64,000 nucleotides of DNA from a virus: the IMG/VR virus record IMGVR_UViG_3300014137_000003, one strand, 5' to 3'. Shown here in pieces: positions 56,655 to 64,000 of the stretch. The translations under genes and the position numbers were made by a program. The first letter of the stretch is position 1, and each line of letters opens with the position of its first letter. The notes below the pieces were generated by a model. That model ran no database searches, had not been told where the DNA came from, and saw only the letters and a program-made list of their open reading frames with translations.

Positions 56655-58865
56655 TTGGCTAATTTATATAATGGTAGTTCAGAAGGATTAAAACAAGTAA
56701 TAGAAGGTTTTCGTGACTACTCTATCGAGGTAGCTATTAACCGTTCTTTTCCTAGTATCGTCGATGGTCTTAAGACTTCTCAGAGACGTATTCCTTATGT
56801 ATTATACAAAGAAAAGGTATTTTCTCTAACTAAGTCTAATAAAGTAGTTGGGTATATCATGGCTTATCACCCCCATGGGGATGGTGCAATTTATGATACA
56901 GCAGTCCGTATGGTTGACTCCAACGGCTCTATTACTCCCCCTATGCTTAAAGGGGAGGGAAATCTAGGACTATCTTATTCTGATGCAAGTGCAGCTCATC
57001 AACGTTACACTAGTATGTGTCTTTTGGATTCTGCTAAAGACTTGTTCTTAAGAGATTTGGACGGTGTTCCTTGGAAGCCTACTGAGACTGATGAAGGTCT
57101 TGAACCAGTTTATCTTCCAGCTCGATTCCCTATGGCTCTTACAGCCTCTGTACAGGGTTTGGGAGTGGGTATCGCTAATAAGATTCCATCTTTTAACTTT
57201 GGGGATGTAGTGAAGCTCACTAAAGAGTACATTGCTGACGGTTGTCAATTCAATAATCAAATTATTTACCCAGACCTTCCAAATGGGGGTGTCGTGGTAG
57301 CTAATAATAGCGAGATGGCTAAGGTTATGGCAACTGGTCGTGGTAAGATTAAATCTAAGTCACGTATTTCGGTGAATAAGCGTGATGTTCTTATTGAAGA
57401 GTTACCTTACATTATGACTGACGGCAAGGTAATAGATAAGATTAAATCTCTTATTCGCTCAAGTAAAACTAAGAAACTTAATAATGGGGAACTAAATCCT
57501 TATTATGGAAAGTTTCCTTATGTAACTTCGGAGAACCAGGTTATTCTTACTTCTGACCTAAAAGGTTTCGGTATTAAAATTACTTGTCGTAAGGCAGCAG
57601 ACGTAGAACCTATGTTGTTAGAGTTGGCACGTAGGAATATCACTCAAAATAATTACACTTCTAACATGATTTTCACAAATGGTGATAGACTTGTGATGAC
57701 TGGTGTCTATGGGGTAATCAGGGAGTGGTTTGCCAAACGCAAGGAGATTTTGACTCGTAAGTTTAACAAACAGATTGATGCCCTCTCAAAAGAGTTGCCT
57801 ATCTTAGATTACTTTATCCGTCTAATTTCAAATGATGAGCATAAAAACAAGTATTTGGATATTATCGCCAACGAAGGGGTATATGCAGCTAACGAGTACT
57901 TAGAAGAAATCTTTGAAGGTATTTCGAGTGAAGCTTGTGATTGGATTTCTAAGCGACGTGCTAATGCATTCCTTAATGGTGGTAAATATGCCAAACGTTT
58001 TGAGGATATCACAAATACAATTGAGCTTTACAAAGGTTACTTGGCTGACCTTAATACTTATATTTACGACGACTTAACAGAAATCGAAAATAAGTATGCT
58101 CATCTTTACCCTCGTAAGACTGAGATTACGTTTAAAGACTATAAGTTTGTTAAACGTGAAGAAGTTGTAGAAGTAGACGATTCTTACTGTGGTTATGTCT
58201 TGTATAAGGACGGAACTATTCAAAAAGCCTCATCAGTTGAAGGCTTTAAGGACATGGAAAGCGTAGCTCAGATTATTGAAGGTCGTGCTAATAGCTTGTT
58301 GGTAGGTTTCGATTATGTGGGTAATCTTCTCCGTATTTATGGTGATGAGTTGCCTTATGGTAAGACTAACTTACAAACTTATCTAGGGGTAGCAGGGCTT
58401 GTAGAAGACTACAAAGTCATGTACTTAACTGTAGCTGATGGTAGCGTTAAGCGTTTGTTGTACCGTGATGGTAAGATGTCTGTACTAGACACTAACGAGT
58501 TTCTTCGTAAAAAACAACGTAAACGTTTCGTTCGAAATGGGGTACCAGAGGATGTTAATACTAACTTGGTAGAAGTCTTCAATGAAGAAGATTTGGACGA
58601 GTATTTGTATGTTGCTGATGAGACGAAAGACCTCAAACTAGGGGTAGTAGCTTGGAAGAACTTACCAGTGAAATCTCGTCTAGGTAAGACACGTGCCTTT
58701 AGTGGTAGCAAGGATATGAATATCACTCAATATGGTACTTGTGACTTAGAAGCTTGCCACTCTTACTTTACAAATATGGAAAGTTTTGAAGGTAAGTTGC
58801 GTAAGGTGAAAGAAGGAGACGTTTCCTTTGATGGAACTGAGTTTGAGAAAGGTAGGTTCGTATAA
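56655..58865 (+). CDS. type IIA DNA topoisomerase, DNA breakage-reunion subunit (GyrA/ParC-like)
   Basis: NRSFPSIVDGLKTSQRRIPYVL, YHPHGDGAIYDTAVRMV and the catalytic-Tyr context AAHQRYTSMCL. The TTG at 56655 (GGAGG 5 nt upstream) is preferred over the TTG at 56643. No ATG is available. Confidence 0.85.
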   Translation: MANLYNGSSEGLKQVIEGFRDYSIEVAINRSFPSIVDGLKTSQRRIPYVLYKEKVFSLTKSNKVVGYIMAYHPHGDGAIYDTAVRMVDSNGSITPPMLKGEGNLGLSYSDASAAHQRYTSMCLLDSAKDLFLRDLDGVPWKPTETDEGLEPVYLPARFPMALTASVQGLGVGIANKIPSFNFGDVVKLTKEYIADGCQFNNQIIYPDLPNGGVVVANNSEMAKVMATGRGKIKSKSRISVNKRDVLIEELPYIMTDGKVIDKIKSLIRSSKTKKLNNGELNPYYGKFPYVTSENQVILTSDLKGFGIKITCRKAADVEPMLLELARRNITQNNYTSNMIFTNGDRLVMTGVYGVIREWFAKRKEILTRKFNKQIDALSKELPILDYFIRLISNDEHKNKYLDIIANEGVYAANEYLEEIFEGISSEACDWISKRRANAFLNGGKYAKRFEDITNTIELYKGYLADLNTYIYDDLTEIENKYAHLYPRKTEITFKDYKFVKREEVVEVDDSYCGYVLYKDGTIQKASSVEGFKDMESVAQIIEGRANSLLVGFDYVGNLLRIYGDELPYGKTNLQTYLGVAGLVEDYKVMYLTVADGSVKRLLYRDGKMSVLDTNEFLRKKQRKRFVRNGVPEDVNTNLVEVFNEEDLDEYLYVADETKDLKLGVVAWKNLPVKSRLGKTRAFSGSKDMNITQYGTCDLEACHSYFTNMESFEGKLRKVKEGDVSFDGTEFEKGRFV

Positions 58866-59323
58866 TGTCAGAACTTTTAATTGAAGGTAGCTCAGAAGTA
58901 AGACTCGTGGAAGGGGAGATTTCGAGTGTTAGCAAAAATGATTTGAAGTTTCTCTTCGAGGTAGCAGAACTTAAACAGGATTTTACGATTTATTGTAGGG
59001 GTATTGAATTCTATCTTCAAAGGAAGGACTCTAATTTGTATGATAGTCCAGGTTCGATAGTTTTTACCACTATCCACGAAGATGCGTCTTTGTCTCTTAA
59101 CTACATTGGGCAAGAAGAAGTAAGTATGGAGAATATCTCTGATAAGTCCATCAAAGATGTATACGAATTACTTACTACGGTTAATGATGCTCTTAAGGTA
59201 GATGAGGATTGTATTAGGGTTTTCGTCATTCATAACTTTAAAGAATTATTTAAGGATGCGGATTTGTTATCTAAGTTTATGGATTATGTTAATCAAAACA
59301 ACATTTATGTAGCAGTAGATTAG
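58865..59323 (+). CDS. acidic hypothetical protein (152 aa)
   Basis: Start overlaps the previous stop (TAATG). Confidence 0.55.
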   Translation: MSELLIEGSSEVRLVEGEISSVSKNDLKFLFEVAELKQDFTIYCRGIEFYLQRKDSNLYDSPGSIVFTTIHEDASLSLNYIGQEEVSMENISDKSIKDVYELLTTVNDALKVDEDCIRVFVIHNFKELFKDADLLSKFMDYVNQNNIYVAVD

Positions 59324-59333
59324 GGGGTATATC

Positions 59334-60827
59334 TTGCCAGAGGATTATGTAGTTCTTTCTCCCGAGCAAAGGCTGAAGAGTTTTGGGGATATTCTTCTTG
59401 CGAGTGCTTTAGGAAAAAGTGAAACAGCAATAAAAAATAGGCAATTTCTTTTCGGTAATGCTAGAACTGAGTTATTTAGGGACGAGTGTTTCATTATTTA
59501 CTCTCTTCTATATAAGTTCAAGGATAGGAATATTTCTATCGACGAAGAGTTTGTTAAACTTTCTCTTATGCACCAGCAGGATATTATTGAGACTGCCTCT
59601 AACATAAGGAAGATTGACATTAACTCCTACGGTGATATAGATGACTCACCTGCATTGGGGTATATTGGTGGGGTAATGAAGTACTTCGCTAATCTATCGA
59701 AGATGGACAAGGTACTCCCAGATGAATTTCAACTTGTATTTGAGAAATATCTCATTGAATACAAGGCGATTGAAACTTCACAGGTTTACGCTGATAGTCT
59801 TCAGATTATTGGTGATGGTCTAAAAGTAGGTCGTAAGACCTTACAAGGTTTTGAAGCAAGTCGTGACTACGTTAAGAATAACTTAGCTAGAATTGAGGGA
59901 GTCGTAGACCAAAACAAGGGTGTAGGGTTTGTAAATATGTCCGAGGTCATCCTAAATCCTAAACAAGAAAGTCAGTCTGTTAAAATCTCCGACTTTGGTG
60001 CTATTGAAGAGCTTAACAACCACTATGGGGGTATCTATACGGGTAACCTTTACACTGTAATGGCTCCATCTAAGTCAGGTAAGTCTAAGTTTTGTGCTAG
60101 ACTTTCCCACACTGCAATGGTTAACTACGGTGTAAACGTATCTGTTTGGGCTTTCGAGGGTGGTTTCGAGGCATGGACAGCTCAGATGAGGGCTATCCAC
60201 TTCGACTACACTTATAATACAGGGGCGTCTGCAACTGAGGTTAAGGTTGGGGTAACTCAGGGGGCTATCTTACACGACAAGTTTCCAGAGGGTAGCCCAT
60301 ATCGTGAGTTGGAAGCTACTTCTAAGCTAGACTTAGCTAGTAATTCGGCTTATGGTAGTATGCACTTTATCGATAGACCTTTTAAGGTTGAGACTTTCCT
60401 AGATGAGATTGACGCATCTATTAAAGCTAACAATTCTCAAATGCTTGTAATTGACTATCTTCAACTTATTGACTCTGAGAAGTCTATGAGTGAACGTGAG
60501 CGTATTGCTACGGCATACCCCCGTTTGTTGGAGTATTGTAAGAAAAACAATATTGCAGTAGTTTCTCCAGCCCAGTACAAACAGGATGTTGTTGATGAGT
60601 TGCAACGCAAAAAAGAGGGTGAGTCTCGTGATATGCGTACAGCAGGTGGTGGTTCTTATGAGATTATTAAGACTTCCGATGTTATCTTTGCTCTTTGGGC
60701 AAGCACGGAGGACCTTACTAATAACAAGATGACCATTATGCCTATGCCAACTCGTTTTTACGATGCAATTCCAGAGTTTGACATTTATGTAGACTTGGGG
60801 TATTGCCAGTTTAGGTCGCTTAATTAA
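59334..60827 (+). CDS. DnaB-like replicative helicase (RecA-fold hexameric helicase family)
   Basis: Walker A VMAPSKSGKSKF, Walker B/DnaB signature MLVIDYLQLI, and ..AVVSPAQYKQ.. TTG start preceded by GGGGG. Confidence 0.8.
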   Translation: MPEDYVVLSPEQRLKSFGDILLASALGKSETAIKNRQFLFGNARTELFRDECFIIYSLLYKFKDRNISIDEEFVKLSLMHQQDIIETASNIRKIDINSYGDIDDSPALGYIGGVMKYFANLSKMDKVLPDEFQLVFEKYLIEYKAIETSQVYADSLQIIGDGLKVGRKTLQGFEASRDYVKNNLARIEGVVDQNKGVGFVNMSEVILNPKQESQSVKISDFGAIEELNNHYGGIYTGNLYTVMAPSKSGKSKFCARLSHTAMVNYGVNVSVWAFEGGFEAWTAQMRAIHFDYTYNTGASATEVKVGVTQGAILHDKFPEGSPYRELEATSKLDLASNSAYGSMHFIDRPFKVETFLDEIDASIKANNSQMLVIDYLQLIDSEKSMSERERIATAYPRLLEYCKKNNIAVVSPAQYKQDVVDELQRKKEGESRDMRTAGGGSYEIIKTSDVIFALWASTEDLTNNKMTIMPMPTRFYDAIPEFDIYVDLGYCQFRSLN

Positions 60828-60924
60828 TTATATTAGAAGGGGTAGTAGCAGTTATTGTTACTGCCTTTTGCAATTTCTGTATATTTTTAAGTTTCTTTTG
60901 AATATTGTACTGGAGGTTATTTAG

Positions 60925-61050
60925 ATGATTAGTGGATTCGCTAGGTTTGTCGTAGGATTGTTTTTAGGTATCCTTATAATTGCGATTACTTTCTTGTTTT
61001 CATATATTGCTTTGAAGTTATTGGGGGTAAACTTATGGATAAACGGATAA
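60925..61050 (+). CDS. 41-aa hydrophobic peptide (speculative)
   Basis: GGAGG RBS 7 nt upstream. Encodes MISGFARFVVGLFLGILIIAITFLFSYIALKLLGVNLWING. Overlaps the next start. Confidence 0.35.
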   Translation: MISGFARFVVGLFLGILIIAITFLFSYIALKLLGVNLWING

Positions 61051-61895
61051 AAGCCCTTGTTCTTGGGGTAGTAGTTTTCTTATCAGTTCTTATTGCACTG
61101 TTAGCTAATTTCTTGATATCTAAAACTAAGATAAAGGAAGAACCTACTAAACCTAAGGTAGAGCATGTTTCTAAGAAGGAAAGCGATATCTCTGTTAGCT
61201 TTGGTAAGGATATCAGTAGCTTAAGAGACTTAGATAAGAGTTCTATATCTAAGCGTATCCAAGTCTTTAACAAAACTTATGGTCTTGGTATCAAGGATAC
61301 AACTGTTTCTTCTTTGGATTGGAAGTCTAGTGGTGTTGTTGTTACAGACTCTGTAGGTGGGTTTGAGTTCATTACAGATTATTATGGAACTCTTTTAGGT
61401 TTTACTAGCAGGTCTACTCTTTCTGATGCAACTTTGAAAAAAGTTAGTAAGAGTTTTTCAACTATTTCTTTAGGTGATGGGCGAGTGCTTTATTTAGGCT
61501 CTATCACAAATGGTTTAGTTAATAAGGATAAACCTCTTATAAAGGTAAATCAGTTAACTACTTCTAATATCCCTAAAGATACAGACGTTGAATTAGAAAA
61601 ATTACCGTCTATTTGGAAAGGGTTAGGGGTATCTGAGGATAGCCTTAAGTTTTCTAGGTTTGTAAAATCTCCTAGTGGGGTAGATTTAGCTGAATATAAG
61701 GACGGAGAAGGCAATTATTTGTATTATAGCTTGTATTCTGTTCCGAGCGATGAAGGTCAAAGCATTCGAGGTAAGTTCTTTGGTATTATGAAGTCTAAGT
61801 ATGACTCTAAGATTACTGACTTGTTTATTAAGAACGTTGCTCAGTTTGGTATATTCGAGGTTAAAGGTGGTGGTATTCTTTGGATAACTTACTAA
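61035..61895 (+). CDS. bitopic membrane protein, unknown function
   Basis: N-terminal TM and a ~250-aa external domain. Confidence 0.6.
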   Translation: MDKRIKALVLGVVVFLSVLIALLANFLISKTKIKEEPTKPKVEHVSKKESDISVSFGKDISSLRDLDKSSISKRIQVFNKTYGLGIKDTTVSSLDWKSSGVVVTDSVGGFEFITDYYGTLLGFTSRSTLSDATLKKVSKSFSTISLGDGRVLYLGSITNGLVNKDKPLIKVNQLTTSNIPKDTDVELEKLPSIWKGLGVSEDSLKFSRFVKSPSGVDLAEYKDGEGNYLYYSLYSVPSDEGQSIRGKFFGIMKSKYDSKITDLFIKNVAQFGIFEVKGGGILWITY

Positions 61896-63124
61896 TAACA
61901 GGAAATATCCTATGGGTAAACTTCTTAATAGCTCAAGAGGATTTACGAATAAAGGTTAAGAAGAATTTAAAGTCTCTCTTTGTGGGGTTATTGGTACTTT
62001 GTCAGTTCCTATTTCCCCTTATTGCTCAGGCGGGGTATGATTCTTGGGCACAAATTGTTTCAGGTGGAGCGGAATCTACCGTTATAGATATTGGTAATGC
62101 AGCCATGAAGCAGGGCTTTAACTATGAATCTACAATAGGTTTGTTAGCGAATATCAACTCTGAGTCAGGTTTTGATACCTCTACCATTGAAGCAGGAAAT
62201 GGTATTGGTAGGGGGTTGATTCAGTGGTCTTTCGAAAGACGTACTGCTATGGAAAAATTCATCCAAGAAAAGTATAACGGTGATTTCTCATCAATGGAAG
62301 GTCAAATGGCTTACTTGAACTATGAAATCACTGAAACTTCTTGGAAGGGTGAAATGAATGAGGCTACAGTAAACTCTCAGTTAGCAGCTTATGGCTTATC
62401 AATCTCTTCAAAAGCACCTAATTCTTGGGACGAGTTCAAACAAATGACTAACGCAGAAGACGCAGCTAAAATCTTCATGGTAGTAATGGAACGTCCGTCT
62501 TATGCTCCTAGCATTAACCACTGGGAACAACGTGTTAGGTTGGCAAAAGAAATGGCTGAGGCTCTTAAAGGTAAACTTAATGGTTCTCCGTCATCAGACA
62601 ATAAAGGTGATGAGAAATCTGCAAAAGATATTAAAGACTCTGGACCAGGAGCTCCCGATGAGTGGGAACTTGTGGGTATGACTAAACGTAACTATATGTA
62701 CGATAAGCAAAATGATGTAGCATTACCTAATAATGATGGTTTAACTATCGCACAAGGGGCTGCAGTAGCTAGTCTAAAAGAGGATATCCACGGTAGAGAC
62801 CGTTTTGCTTTAGTAAACTTCTTACGAACTGTTGTTGCTTTTGTGGGAATTTGGTTCTTTGTTTGGGCAATTGCTTTGATTGTGGCATATCTGTTTGATA
62901 GGAGTAATGTTTACTTTGAGTTTAGTTTAGTATCAATGCTTACTTTTGGCTCTGTAACTGTTTTAGCTTTAGAAGATGGTAAGGAACGGAGCGAGTCAAG
63001 GTCTAAGGTTCTGAAGAGGGTAGGTCTTGCTCTTATTATAGGATTTATACTTGTGTCGGGATCTATCTATGTTGGCTTAAGCAATGTAATTTATTATATT
63101 GATAAGTTCTTGAACGGATTTTAA
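61880..63124 (+). CDS. secreted lysozyme-like (phage-tail-lysozyme-type) peptidoglycan hydrolase with C-terminal TM anchors
   Basis: Signal-peptide-like KKNLKSLFVGLLVLCQFLFPLIAQA. Then GLLANINSESGFDTSTIEAGNGIGRGLIQWSFERR..MEGQMAYLNYEI (ES..G.GL.QW..R pattern). Three C-terminal TMs. The start codon is uncertain (TTG 61880 per the track; no in-frame ATG). Confidence 0.55.
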   Translation: MDNLLITGNILWVNFLIAQEDLRIKVKKNLKSLFVGLLVLCQFLFPLIAQAGYDSWAQIVSGGAESTVIDIGNAAMKQGFNYESTIGLLANINSESGFDTSTIEAGNGIGRGLIQWSFERRTAMEKFIQEKYNGDFSSMEGQMAYLNYEITETSWKGEMNEATVNSQLAAYGLSISSKAPNSWDEFKQMTNAEDAAKIFMVVMERPSYAPSINHWEQRVRLAKEMAEALKGKLNGSPSSDNKGDEKSAKDIKDSGPGAPDEWELVGMTKRNYMYDKQNDVALPNNDGLTIAQGAAVASLKEDIHGRDRFALVNFLRTVVAFVGIWFFVWAIALIVAYLFDRSNVYFEFSLVSMLTFGSVTVLALEDGKERSESRSKVLKRVGLALIIGFILVSGSIYVGLSNVIYYIDKFLNGF

Positions 63125-63189
63125 GTTGTAAGTCTTAAATTGCTTTATTTTTAGTATCTTTTATTTATATTTTGGAGGAAAATTATTTT

Positions 63190-63807
63190 ATGGCTACAAA
63201 AGATGAAATTTTATTAAATCGTTTCCTAGCTCGTATGGAGAGGGAACCGGATGACGTTCAACATTCTGTTGTACGTTATGCAGAAAACTTAATGAACGGT
63301 TGTAACTGGGCGTTTATCTCGTCTAAGTCTGCAACTTACACTTTAGAAACTAAGGCTTTTGAAAAGTCTAACTTGGTAACTGTTTATAAAGTTAAGAATG
63401 GGGTACTTATCACTACCCCTATCGAAACTATCTTTAGTATCTTGACTCGTGTAAGTCCAGAACTTTACGACAATAAAGCTAAAGAGGCAGCCCTGGAATT
63501 CCGTAGGAAGTCTGTAGAAAACTTTGTAAGTTTCTTACGTTCAGGTGTTAAGCAAGCGAAAATTGGTATCTTCAACCTAAATGATAGCCCGAACATCACA
63601 ATTAGTGGTCAGGTTTATAAGGCTTTCAACATGGATTTGGCAAATGTCGCCATGTTCTTGCGTGATGCGGGGTACTCATTAGTTATTGGTGGTCGTAAGG
63701 TTCCAGCATCTTACGCTCTAATTCAAGCAAACTATCCTAAATTGCTTTCTCAGCTTGAGCTTGCTCCTAGTGGGAATGGTTTGATGCTAGATATCGTTAA
63801 GGGGTAA
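63190..63807 (+). CDS. hypothetical protein
   Basis: ATG 63190 downstream of GGAGG (63174-78); the track start TTG 63172 lacks an RBS. Confidence 0.6.
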   Translation: MATKDEILLNRFLARMEREPDDVQHSVVRYAENLMNGCNWAFISSKSATYTLETKAFEKSNLVTVYKVKNGVLITTPIETIFSILTRVSPELYDNKAKEAALEFRRKSVENFVSFLRSGVKQAKIGIFNLNDSPNITISGQVYKAFNMDLANVAMFLRDAGYSLVIGGRKVPASYALIQANYPKLLSQLELAPSGNGLMLDIVKG

Positions 63808-63845
63808 TTATCTAAGTCCTATTTAGTACTTCCTTTATTGTCTGT

Positions 63846-63873
63846 AATTCCCTTGTATTTCAAGGGAATTTTT
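63846..63873 (+). terminator. rho-independent terminator
   Basis: Perfect 10-bp hairpin AATTCCCTTG-tattt-CAAGGGAATT followed by TTT. Confidence 0.7.
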
Positions 63874-63881
63874 GGTAAAAT
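63873..63881 (+). promoter_or_regulatory. extended -10 promoter element (TGgTAAAAT)
   Basis: Overlaps the terminator T-tail; about 30 nt upstream of the ATG at 63913. Confidence 0.4.
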
Positions 63882-63912
63882 AGTTTAAAAGAATTTAGTA
63901 AGGATTTTGTAC

Positions 63913-64000
63913 ATGACAAATTTCAGCATATTTGAGTCCAATTTAAGTGGATATTTTGGTGGAAACGTTAAAAGGTCCCACATTGAAGACCTAGTAGAAG
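63913..64000 (+). CDS. 5' end of a CDS running out of the window
   Basis: ATG 63913 with an AAGGA RBS. Open to the window end (MTNFSIFESNLSGYFGGNVKRSHIEDLVE..). Confidence 0.4.
   Translation, partial: MTNFSIFESNLSGYFGGNVKRSHIEDLVE

Noticed and set aside
1-64000. Relaxase / oriT, integrase, Rep / DnaA-box origin
   Set aside because: I looked for HxDxxxH/HUH-type relaxase motifs, tyrosine/serine recombinase motifs and TTATCCACA boxes and found none convincing. They are not reported, and may lie outside the window.

Overview
AT-rich, low-GC-Firmicute-style 64-kb segment. Signal peptides and LPxTG sorting signals look Streptococcus/Enterococcus-like. Every credible gene lies on the + strand. 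Genes sit in tightly packed, often start/stop-overlapping operons, separated by a few intergenic regions with extended -10 promoters and rho-independent terminators. The content looks like a large conjugative or extrachromosomal element, not core chromosome. Modules: (i) Surface module: an antigen I/II-family LPxTG adhesin (1927-6291) and a PrgA/Sec10-like coiled-coil LPxTG protein (6662-9805). (ii) A tnpB-only IS200/IS605-like unit (about 10.8-12.45 kb). Its TnpB-like protein appears to lack the zinc finger and the third RuvC acidic residue, and a hairpin-rich non-coding tail follows it. (iii) An accessory cluster: NT5C/HAD-like nucleotidase, EndA-like membrane-anchored nuclease, a sigma-region-4 plus alpha-CTD-like protein, and signal peptidase I. 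(iv) About 8 kb of ORFs with no recognisable function, including an extremely acidic repeat protein. (v) A Gram-positive type-IV-secretion/conjugation-like module (27.2-50.5 kb): four tandem paralogous secreted two-TM proteins, a 1623-aa polytopic protein, an SGNH+CHAP wall hydrolase, a VirB4-like ATPase and an FtsK/SpoIIIE-like ATPase. (vi) A replication module: FEN-like 5' nuclease, DnaX-like clamp-loader subunit, SNF2 helicase, SpoVG-like protein, type IIA topoisomerase B and A subunits, and a DnaB-like helicase. I recognised no rRNA, canonical tRNA, CRISPR array, relaxase, integrase, DNA polymerase or phage structural gene. The strongest non-genic signal is the hexamer GGGGTA. By manual scan it occurs about 160 times on the + strand and only about 6 times on the - strand, in all three reading frames and in intergenic DNA, and it is absent from the IS insert. 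Other signals: a 51-nt tRNA-like acceptor/T-arm element between two T4SS genes, intergenic sequence modules shared by distant promoter regions, and helically phased GGGGCT repeats. All functional calls rest on motifs read by eye; no searches were run.
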